Positions 56,043 through 64,000 of a DNA stretch of 64,000 bases are shown here, piece after piece (position 1 is the first letter of the stretch; each line of letters starts with the position of its first letter). The notes beneath the pieces are model-generated. The model was given only the letters and a program-made list of their open reading frames with translations, searched no databases and was not told the origin of the DNA. Made by a program: the position numbers and the translations under genes. Origin of the DNA: Oscillospiraceae bacterium (GTDB lineage Bacteria; Bacillota; Clostridia; Saccharofermentanales; Saccharofermentanaceae); contig SVIZ01000010.1 in the NCBI GenBank assembly GCA_015069205.1, forward strand, positions 15,938 through 79,937. Direction: 5' to 3'.

Positions 56043-57773
56043 TTAATCTTCCTCTGCCATGTCGATTACCCTGAGCAGAGTCTGGTCCCACTGCTGGCGG
56101 ACTGCATATGAGTTGGGGTTGGTTCCGCTATTGAAGATATCCTGTCTGGCATAGTATTCATCCAATGTGTACGGGATGTAGATATCAGGTTCCGTTCCGT
56201 AGTATGAGTCTTCAGGATAATTAATGTTTACCGTTGGAGCATAAGCGAACATGAAGTGTGATTCCGGAAGATAGCACTGCATTATACTGCCGCATATTCC
56301 CTCACCGGAGGTGTTGGTTCCTACGACAACACAGTTATCGTATTCTTTGCAGATACGGGTCATGACATCGGCAGCCGAGAAGGTGTTGTACGATGTCAGA
56401 AGGTATATCTTATAGTCCTTTGCTGCTTTTCCCTGAACAGTGAAAGTCTCTGTATAGGCGTAGTTTTTGCCTGTGGTGGAGAAATCAGACAGATTGTCGA
56501 AGGTGGTTTCAAGGAAACGGTAGATTGCACTTCCGTAGAATTTCCTTGTGTGGCTGTTCTTTCCCCCGTAAACGTGGCTTTCAAAGGTGACGTCGTGGGA
56601 GAAGATCACGGGAAGGAGCTGCTTGGTGACAAAATCAATGCTGCCGCCACCGTTCGAACGGATGTCCAGGATTATGGTGTCAGCATCCGCTTCTTTCAAA
56701 GCATTAGTAAGTTCGACCGCAAGTCTTTCTCCTTCATAGGTGTTGCAGCTTACTGAATTTACATAGACGAGCTTTTTGTCGGGATCTGTTGAGATCCTGT
56801 ATGTTGAAGGAATATAGTCAGGAGACATAACGTCAGTGACGGTTGTATCGCTTCCGGAACTTGTATCTTTCGCAGCTTCAGGATCTGCAAAAAACTCAGG
56901 ATACACTTTTCGGGATAATAATGCAGCGTAATCGAATCCGGGATCATCGTAAAGATCGATCGTTAAAGTGGTTCCGTCTCTAAGGAGAAGTTCTCCTGTA
57001 TGCTTTTCGCCGATGCCGTCATTGTAGATGAGGTAACTGCGGAAGAAGCAGTCATTGATTCCGTCGTATCTTGGCGTGTAGCAATCGTATACGTCAAAGC
57101 AGATGTCTTTCGGATCTCTTCCGTCAATGGAGACAAGTGCGGCGCCGATATAGTCTTCGTTGTATTTCGGAAGAATATTGTCCGGAGCTGTTACGACATA
57201 AGAACCGTTGACATAAGTGAACCCGACCAGGTTGTATCCGAGGCGGTCTTCCACATCATCACGGAATGATTCTTTCCAGGTGTAAGTGTAGTCCTTGAAC
57301 TCCTGCGTGCCGTATATTTCATTCAGCATGTATTCTGCATGGACCGCATTGATTTCGTAATCGGGAAGGCCCATGATGTTATGACATCCCGGAAGGACTG
57401 CAAGGAAAGCACCGAGATAAGAGAAGTATTCGTAGTCGGTCTCGGCATAGACTGCTAGATCACGGTATCTGTTGTAGATGTCATCATAAGAGATGCCGTA
57501 TGCCTGCTCGATGCGTTCTTTCTCCGGATTTTCAAGGCAGACGATGTCGTACATGTAATCAAAGTCTTTGAGCCTCTGCTTCTCCGTCATCTCAACATTG
57601 ATAAGGTTCGCACCTGTATCTTCCGTCAGGAAGTCGGTTTTGTTGCTCATTATTATGAAAGGCAGAACGATGATGAAGAACGCCGACAGCAATAAGGCTG
57701 TAATAACCGCTACTATGCTGAGTATTATGATCTTTGCCTTTTTTGACTTCGGCTTCTTTTCTTTCTTACCCAT
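56043..57773 (-). CDS. Membrane-anchored S41-family peptidase
   Basis: N-terminal TM; ILDIRSNGGGS, TFSAAD (catalytic Ser), VVGTNTSG. Confidence 0.85.
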   Translation of the reverse strand: MGKKEKKPKSKKAKIIILSIVAVITALLLSAFFIIVLPFIIMSNKTDFLTEDTGANLINVEMTEKQRLKDFDYMYDIVCLENPEKERIEQAYGISYDDIYNRYRDLAVYAETDYEYFSYLGAFLAVLPGCHNIMGLPDYEINAVHAEYMLNEIYGTQEFKDYTYTWKESFRDDVEDRLGYNLVGFTYVNGSYVVTAPDNILPKYNEDYIGAALVSIDGRDPKDICFDVYDCYTPRYDGINDCFFRSYLIYNDGIGEKHTGELLLRDGTTLTIDLYDDPGFDYAALLSRKVYPEFFADPEAAKDTSSGSDTTVTDVMSPDYIPSTYRISTDPDKKLVYVNSVSCNTYEGERLAVELTNALKEADADTIILDIRSNGGGSIDFVTKQLLPVIFSHDVTFESHVYGGKNSHTRKFYGSAIYRFLETTFDNLSDFSTTGKNYAYTETFTVQGKAAKDYKIYLLTSYNTFSAADVMTRICKEYDNCVVVGTNTSGEGICGSIMQCYLPESHFMFAYAPTVNINYPEDSYYGTEPDIYIPYTLDEYYARQDIFNSGTNPNSYAVRQQWDQTLLRVIDMAEED

Positions 57774-57941
57774 ATCGAAAAACCTTCCTTACGCATCAAA
57801 AGTCACGTGTAATTATATCACCTATATGTTCTTAACCCGCCCCCGTACTTTTGCCGTTTTTGTAAGGGTATGAAGCCGTCAAATCCAGAACTGTTATAAT
57901 TAAAAATGGTCAAAAGAGTGAAGGGAAGGAATTGGGGGAGC

Positions 57942-59585
57942 GTGACGCTTATCAGACAGCATAAGATAACAAGCACATTTATCTGCTTTCTGTTGTTGGC
58001 AGGTGTATGCAATATGCTGACCAAAGTTCAGACGACGTTTGTTGCAACACTGATGTTCTGTCTGAACTTCATGATCTATATCGGACTCATCATTTTCTGG
58101 GTGCAGCATGTCATAAAGCGCATCCTGCCGACCAAGACCAGAGGATACATAATCGCATCGTCGTTTTTCATGATCCTTTATATACTTCAAAGAGTGGTCA
58201 GGTACCGTCTGCTCATAAACTCCGTTATCGCATACAGATATTTGGGTTATTTCTATTTCATTCCGCTGATCATGATGCCGTCGCTTCTGCTCGTTACTGC
58301 GATCCATCTGAAGTATGGTGACAATAAGATAAGCAATAATATCGAGAAGGTCGTTGTCGTTCTTGCCGTGGCTGTGTCTTTGATTGCGTTGACCAATGAT
58401 CTGCATCGCCTTGTTTATGTTCCGAAAGTTGATATGTCCGTGTTTAAGATGGACGACAACACATATTCGTGGGGGATAGGATTCTATGTTATTTACGGAT
58501 GGATAATCCAGGCGCTGCTTTTTGGTGCGGTATTTCTTTTGCAGGTCGTCGGCAAGAAGGGAAAAAGGTCGATCATCCTTCTGGCAAGTTCTGTCGCATT
58601 ATGGCTTTTGCTGTCGTTTGTCCATTCAGCGGTGTTCGAAAGGTTCAGCATTCCGCGTCCGTATTTCAAGCCCGAGATCGACTGCTTCGGCATGCTTTTG
58701 ATCTTCGAGTGCTGTATAAGGAGCAGGCTTATTCCACATAACGAGAACTATCCGGGTTTCTTCAAGAAACTCAAATTGCCTATCCTCATCACTGATGCAG
58801 AACTCGGGAATGTCAACGAGACGATCGTACCTGTTAATGCAACTAAAGAAGATCTCATTAAGGCCAAAGACGCGCCTTTTTATCTTGATGAGGACACGAG
58901 ACTTTCCTCCATGAAGATCCGTGCGGGATATGCTTTCTGGACAGAGAATGAACATGAGTTAAGAGAGCAGAGACAAAAGCTTGCAAATGCCAATGAACTC
59001 CTGAGTGAGGAGAACGATCTTATCGCAGTCGAGAACAGGCTCAAAGAGCAGAAGGCTCATCTCGATGCGCAGAATCAGGTCTATGAACGCATCACGGCCG
59101 CCATCTATCCCAAGCAGAAGAAGATAGACGAACTGCTGTCAAAGACCGACCCATCTTCAGAAAGTTTTGCGGAGACGCTCGGAACCGTCTGTGTCCTTAA
59201 TGCATATTCCAAGCGCAAAACTAATCTGCTGCTTCTGTCCGAAGACACCCTCGCAAAAAGCAACCGTGAGCTGTTCCTGGCTCTTGCCGAGTCGTGCAGA
59301 TTTCTTAACAGCTGTAATATCCATGCGGCGGTAGTAGGTGAAGAGTACTCAAAGCTGCCGCTTGCTCTGGTCAACGATCTTTACGATACTTTCGAGACTG
59401 TTTTGGAGACTTATCTGAAGTCAATGAAGCGTATGACCGTGTCGATCCTCGAAAACGGTATCCGCATAGCAATGGAAGCGGGCGAAAAGCAGGAACTTCC
59501 AAACTCGGCTCTGCCCGTAAGCTGCAAGGAAAGTGACGGCATATTGTATTTCACCGTGAGCATTCCGGAAGGCGGTGCGGCATGA
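57942..59585 (+). CDS. Multi-TM sensor protein (7TM-type) with degenerate kinase-like C-terminus
   Basis: About seven hydrophobic helices, coiled coil, NAYSKRKTNL at the H-box position with no recognisable His motif; GTG start after GGGGAG (ORF open from 57906). Confidence 0.7.
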   Translation: MTLIRQHKITSTFICFLLLAGVCNMLTKVQTTFVATLMFCLNFMIYIGLIIFWVQHVIKRILPTKTRGYIIASSFFMILYILQRVVRYRLLINSVIAYRYLGYFYFIPLIMMPSLLLVTAIHLKYGDNKISNNIEKVVVVLAVAVSLIALTNDLHRLVYVPKVDMSVFKMDDNTYSWGIGFYVIYGWIIQALLFGAVFLLQVVGKKGKRSIILLASSVALWLLLSFVHSAVFERFSIPRPYFKPEIDCFGMLLIFECCIRSRLIPHNENYPGFFKKLKLPILITDAELGNVNETIVPVNATKEDLIKAKDAPFYLDEDTRLSSMKIRAGYAFWTENEHELREQRQKLANANELLSEENDLIAVENRLKEQKAHLDAQNQVYERITAAIYPKQKKIDELLSKTDPSSESFAETLGTVCVLNAYSKRKTNLLLLSEDTLAKSNRELFLALAESCRFLNSCNIHAAVVGEEYSKLPLALVNDLYDTFETVLETYLKSMKRMTVSILENGIRIAMEAGEKQELPNSALPVSCKESDGILYFTVSIPEGGAA

Positions 59586-60853
59586 CAGGGCTGGTCAACA
59601 TTGCAGGCACATGGATTTGGTATGTGATATGCGTTGCGGCGCTTATCCTTTTTGTCGGATCACTCGCTGTGCTTTTCAGTTTTCTGATGGACAAGCGCAG
59701 AGTGGCACCGGTGATAATCGTGCTCTTGAATTTGCTCATGACGGGTGTTGTCATCGTTGTCCTGATGGACTGCGGACACTACATGCATGTCACAAACACT
59801 GATGCCTACAAAGCCTTCCAGTCGGTGATGTTTGAGGTGCCTTACCAGATATATCTTATGGTTGAACTTCTGTCATGCGTTGCTCTTTTCGCGATGATTA
59901 TAGAAGGCGCGAAATACCGCACTGACAACGTGACGCCCGATTCGATCCAGCAGGCGATCGATGCTCTTCCTGACGGTATCTCGATCAGCAGCAAGGACGG
60001 TATTGTCCGTCTGTCCAACCTGAAGATCAACACATTAAGCCGCGCCCTTACCGGCAAAGTATTAACTAATGCCGAGCTGTTCTGGGATGCAGTTATCAAG
60101 AACGGCAAAGAGCAGGGCGGATCATTTCTTGTTGATCTTCCGGATAACGAAGTCTGGCTGTTCACCAAAGAGGACCTCCGTATCGACGACGCAGACTACG
60201 ATCAGATAACTTCGATGAATGTTACCGAGCGATACAAGATCATCAGAGAACTCGAAGAAAAGCACGGGCACCTTCAGGACATCAGGCGAAGGATGAAGGA
60301 GGTTTCCGACCTGTCCGGTGACATGTTCATCGCGCAGGAGGAAGCTGATGCCAGAGCCGCACTCCACAATCAGCTTGGCCAGGTCCTGCTCATGGGCCGT
60401 TACTACATTAACCACCAGGACATCACCGATCCTAAGATGGTCTATGCTGCAACCCGCCAGATGAACCAGTTCCTCCTCGGTGAAGCGAAAGCGCCGTATC
60501 AGGGCGAGGAAGATTCGATTGTCCAGGCTGTTTCAATGGCCGGCAGCATCGGCATCAAGGTAGTCATGAACGGACCCGCGCCCGAAAACATTGACGTCAG
60601 AAAGATTCTCTCCAAGGCCATCACCGAGTGCGCGGCCAACACGATAAAGCACGCGGAGGGCAACACCATAACCGTAAATATGAGCGCCGATAACGGCAGA
60701 ACGCTTATCTCGATCACTAACAACGGCAAGCGTCCGAAGGGCGAGATCACCGAGAGCGGCGGCCTCCTGTCACTTAGAAGAGACGTCGAGAATCTGGGCG
60801 GCTCGGTTCAGATCGAGAGCGAACCTGAGTTCAATTTAATAATGAGGTTCTGA
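59582..60853 (+). CDS. Membrane sensor histidine kinase (HisKA_3-like)
   Basis: Three TMs, PAS-like segment, H-box RAALHNQLGQ, N-box ECAANTIKHA, GGLLSL. Confidence 0.8.
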   Translation: MTGLVNIAGTWIWYVICVAALILFVGSLAVLFSFLMDKRRVAPVIIVLLNLLMTGVVIVVLMDCGHYMHVTNTDAYKAFQSVMFEVPYQIYLMVELLSCVALFAMIIEGAKYRTDNVTPDSIQQAIDALPDGISISSKDGIVRLSNLKINTLSRALTGKVLTNAELFWDAVIKNGKEQGGSFLVDLPDNEVWLFTKEDLRIDDADYDQITSMNVTERYKIIRELEEKHGHLQDIRRRMKEVSDLSGDMFIAQEEADARAALHNQLGQVLLMGRYYINHQDITDPKMVYAATRQMNQFLLGEAKAPYQGEEDSIVQAVSMAGSIGIKVVMNGPAPENIDVRKILSKAITECAANTIKHAEGNTITVNMSADNGRTLISITNNGKRPKGEITESGGLLSLRRDVENLGGSVQIESEPEFNLIMRF

Positions 60854-60977
60854 AGAAATCAAAAAAATGGTACAAATGGGTGATACCCATTCCCAACCCG
60901 CTAAACTAATATATAGGGGTGTAATTAAATTGTAATATTTACATCCATGTTTACGGAAAGGAAAGGCAGCGCCCGCT

Positions 60978-61634
60978 ATGAGCAAGACAAGAGTCGTAGT
61001 TGCAGACGATCAGAATATTTCGCGCGGCTTTTTCGAGATGTACGTCCGTGCATCGTCCAATTACGAGCTGGCAGCAGGACTCCGCACCGCTCAGGCCGCG
61101 ATCGACTACGTCGATAAGAATCAGGCTGACCTCGTGATAATGGATGTCATGATGCAGGAAGGCATCGACGGCCTTTCCGCAGCTGCGAAAATAAAACAAT
61201 CCCATCCTGAGATAAAAGTGATCCTCACAACTTCCACTTCCGAAACCAGCTGGGAGCAGAAGGCAAAAGACGCCGGCATCGAGAGCTTCTGGTACAAGGA
61301 GTATGATGAGCACGGCCTCATGGAGATCATGGACCGCACAATGAACGGCGAATCCGTCTATCCTGAAGACGCCCCCAAGGTCCCCTTCGGCAAGATCACA
61401 AGAGATGACCTGACCGACCGCGAGATCGAGATAATCAGAGAACTCACGGCGAGCAAAACCAACGAAGAGATTGCCGACAAGCTCCACATCTCAGTTAACA
61501 CAGTAAAAAGACATATCCAGAACATCATGGAGAAGACGGGCTTCGAAAGCCGCCTCGATCTTGCCATGAGCGCGAAAAGCACCGGCCTCGTCGTCAGCGA
61601 CAGCGACAGGTTGGGTAATGACCAGACTGAATGA
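60978..61634 (+). CDS. NarL/LuxR-family response regulator
   Basis: VVADDQ, IMDVMM, LTDREIEII..TNEEIADKLHISVNTVKRHIQNI. Confidence 0.93.
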   Translation: MSKTRVVVADDQNISRGFFEMYVRASSNYELAAGLRTAQAAIDYVDKNQADLVIMDVMMQEGIDGLSAAAKIKQSHPEIKVILTTSTSETSWEQKAKDAGIESFWYKEYDEHGLMEIMDRTMNGESVYPEDAPKVPFGKITRDDLTDREIEIIRELTASKTNEEIADKLHISVNTVKRHIQNIMEKTGFESRLDLAMSAKSTGLVVSDSDRLGNDQTE

Positions 61635-61678
61635 TATGGGAATCATAGGAATAAAAAAATTAAAAGAGGGAGATTAGT

Positions 61679-64000
61679 ATGAAGATGAAGTTCACGGTTC
61701 AGAAGATCATCGCTACGCTCGTTGTAGCAGCAATCACCATTGGTCTTTTCCCGAAGATCCTGGGAAATGACAAGGTGAACGCGGCAGGTTCACACAGTAT
61801 TACTGTTACGAATGGTAAGGCGTACGATACGGATTTTAATGAGTTAACTTCTGCTGAAGAAGGTAAAACGATCTTTGTCCGTTTTGATACAGGGGTTCTT
61901 CCGGCAGACAAGTATTACGATTTGACTTCAACGCCTGAAGCAAGTGTTACCTTGAAGACGGAAACATTTGTAGTACCCACGTGGAGTTTTACAATGCCGG
62001 ACAGTGATGTTACGGTTGAATTCAAATTCTCAGATGCAACTCCTTATACAATTGATCTGACAAGCGGTTCTGCGACTGTTCCTGATGAGGTTATGCAGGT
62101 CATAACCGGTTCTGCAATAGATAGTGATGGAAACTTGGACGGTGTTGGCGATTTTGATATTCATGTTAAATGGACACCTGGCAGTGACGGTACTATTACA
62201 AAGCTTGCTTCAGCAACTATAACTGACAGTTATGTTAAATCCAATCCTACATTAAAGTACAAGCCTGTAACATACATATTCTCAACTTCTGTTACTGAAT
62301 ATCCTCTTTGGGTAGCCGGTGTTCAGGTTACAAGCGCGAACAAGGACGATATCCTCGGCGATGGTGGAAAGGCAAAGTATGATCCGGATACAGGCACATT
62401 GACCTTGAACGATCCTTCATTTACCGGATCTCATGAAGATGCCTTGATTTATTCAGAAGGAATAGATCTTACTCTGGAAGGCAGCGCGACTTTTTCATCA
62501 TCTTCTTCGGGTGCAATTAAGGTTGTTAAGAGCGGAACCAACGGTGGTGTTCTTACACTCGATGGTGATTTCAAAATAGAAGAAGTTCATTCTACTGCCA
62601 GTGCAGTGTTGGCAGATAATGGAATTAATGTTACCGGTGGTAAGATCACCAATACCAGTGGTAAATATGGTTTAAAAACTGATGGAAACATTTCGATCTC
62701 CGGTGGTGAAGTGAATGCTTTTGGAACAGAGTGGGCCATTTATGCAAAAAACGATATTTCAATAACTGGTGGAAAAATCTGGGCGGCAGGATATGGTAAT
62801 GATGCATCTGGAATATTCGGAAACGATGTAACCATTACTTCGGGTGAAATAACTATTGGCGCTGGTGATGAAGGTTTGATATGTCATGGTCATTTGGAGA
62901 TTTCCGGGGGAAGTTTAAATGCTACTATCACAGGACAAACAGATGCTTCAAATGCCATATGTGCTGATTCAATAAGTATTTCCGGGGGAGAGATAACAGT
63001 TTCTTTGTCAATAGGAGATGCTGTTGTTTCAAGTGACGGTGATATGAGCATCAGCAATGCTACTGTTTCGGTTATGAGTTACAACGGAGCCGGAATACTT
63101 GTGTTTAGGGGTGAACTGAATATTAACAGCGGAACTGTTTCAGCTACAAGTAAATGCCCTTCAAATCTAGCTAAAAGTTATGGCGTATATGTCTTCGATG
63201 ATGGTATTACGATAGGAAATGATATCACCAGTGTTAGTTTTTCAGGTGATGCCATGGGTTTGTTCACTCCATTTAATCTCATATTGGGTGACAAGCTGAT
63301 TATTAAAAGTCCTGAAAACGGTATATTAAATACCGCTGGAAATTACATCATCGGATCGGACGGAAAAGCTGCGAAAACAGTAAAGCTCGTTCCCCAGACA
63401 GGATCGACCACATATCCTGTTTGGGTAGGTAATACTCAGGTAACCAGTGCGAACAAGGACGATATCCTTGGCGATGGCGGAAAGGCAAAGTACTATCCTG
63501 ACTCGAAGACATTGGTTTTCGATGATCCTACTATCAGCAGTTACGGACTTTATGGCTCCAATGTTTATTTCGAACAGGACATCAATATTGAGGGTACACT
63601 CACTATTACCGGTGGTCAGTTCGGAATCATTGACGACGGATATAAACATAACATCACCATAAACGGAGATATAAATGTAGATGTTCTTAATGATGCTATA
63701 GCTGCCAAGGATATCGAGATCAAAGGCGGAAAAGTAAATCTGAATTCGCAGAAATCAAATGCGATAATCGGTCAGAATATCACCATCTCAGGCGGTTATG
63801 TAAATGCTGCCACTTCTTCTACTACTTCATATGCTATTGTGTCTGCCGGAGGCGGTGATATCGTAATCTCCGGAGGAACTGTTACCGCAACAAGCGCATC
63901 GCAGTATACGATAAACAGTCTCGAAGGCAAGGTTATCATTGCCAATGGTGCGTCAAGGGTAGAAGCAAAGGGTACCGGCGAAGCAATATCAGCTGATAAA
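61679..64000 (+). CDS. Large secreted/surface protein with repeated beta-helix-like modules (3' partial; not in the ORF track)
   Basis: Open frame from ATG 61679 to the window end: signal peptide MKMKFTVQKIIATLVVAAITIGLF..VNAA, many ISGG/ITGG repeats, duplicated YPxWV...QVTSANKDDILGDGGKAKY. Confidence 0.85.
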   Translation, partial: MKMKFTVQKIIATLVVAAITIGLFPKILGNDKVNAAGSHSITVTNGKAYDTDFNELTSAEEGKTIFVRFDTGVLPADKYYDLTSTPEASVTLKTETFVVPTWSFTMPDSDVTVEFKFSDATPYTIDLTSGSATVPDEVMQVITGSAIDSDGNLDGVGDFDIHVKWTPGSDGTITKLASATITDSYVKSNPTLKYKPVTYIFSTSVTEYPLWVAGVQVTSANKDDILGDGGKAKYDPDTGTLTLNDPSFTGSHEDALIYSEGIDLTLEGSATFSSSSSGAIKVVKSGTNGGVLTLDGDFKIEEVHSTASAVLADNGINVTGGKITNTSGKYGLKTDGNISISGGEVNAFGTEWAIYAKNDISITGGKIWAAGYGNDASGIFGNDVTITSGEITIGAGDEGLICHGHLEISGGSLNATITGQTDASNAICADSISISGGEITVSLSIGDAVVSSDGDMSISNATVSVMSYNGAGILVFRGELNINSGTVSATSKCPSNLAKSYGVYVFDDGITIGNDITSVSFSGDAMGLFTPFNLILGDKLIIKSPENGILNTAGNYIIGSDGKAAKTVKLVPQTGSTTYPVWVGNTQVTSANKDDILGDGGKAKYYPDSKTLVFDDPTISSYGLYGSNVYFEQDINIEGTLTITGGQFGIIDDGYKHNITINGDINVDVLNDAIAAKDIEIKGGKVNLNSQKSNAIIGQNITISGGYVNAATSSTTSYAIVSAGGGDIVISGGTVTATSASQYTINSLEGKVIIANGASRVEAKGTGEAISADK
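62300..63500 (+). repeat. Internal module duplication (period 1113 bp / 371 aa)
   Basis: GCGAACAAGGACGATATCCTYGGCGATGGYGGAAAGGCAAAGTA found in the modules starting at 62300 and 63413. Confidence 0.85.

Noticed and set aside
44500-57800. Integron-like cassette array among the co-oriented accessory genes
   Set aside because: I compared the intergenic regions by eye and found no shared repeat

Overview
Chromosomal window from a low-GC Gram-positive anaerobe (Clostridia-like; a rumen/gut Oscillospirales/Saccharofermentans-type host is inferred from gene order and content, not proven). Bases 1-34.9 kb are mostly core genome: rplK(3' end)-rplA-L10 leader-rplJ-rplL, five tRNAs, rmlA, trxA, purF, rplM-rpsI, tsaE-tsaB-rimI, a Crh-like HPr, uvrC, yicC-remA-gmk-rpoZ, glyQS and ppdK. 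Embedded in it are an array of five membrane-anchored Ig-repeat/transglutaminase-like proteins with two paralogous lipoproteins, and an HTH-MNT/HEPN toxin-antitoxin pair with a dead toxin. The 3' end of ppdK is an integration hotspot. A 7.3-kb integrative mobilizable element (large serine recombinase, MOBP relaxase, MobC, oriT, membrane-tethered ECF sigma cargo) sits between copies of GCACAGGCTGCAATC at 34826 and 42143. Its attachment site lies inside both ppdK and the recombinase gene. Integration therefore swaps the C-termini of both proteins and strands the last 48 recombinase codons at the other end of the element. A third copy of the ppdK end (43736) and three copies of one terminator indicate stacked cassettes. 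Bases 44-64 kb are accessory: a double-glycine peptide precursor, a LysR/hydrolase/AKR module, a small Cys-rich protein pair, PadR-flavodoxin, membrane proteins, an S41 peptidase, a paired-sensor/LuxR system and a large repetitive surface protein that runs off the window. No CRISPR array or rRNA was seen. No database searches were run; family calls rest on recognised motifs.
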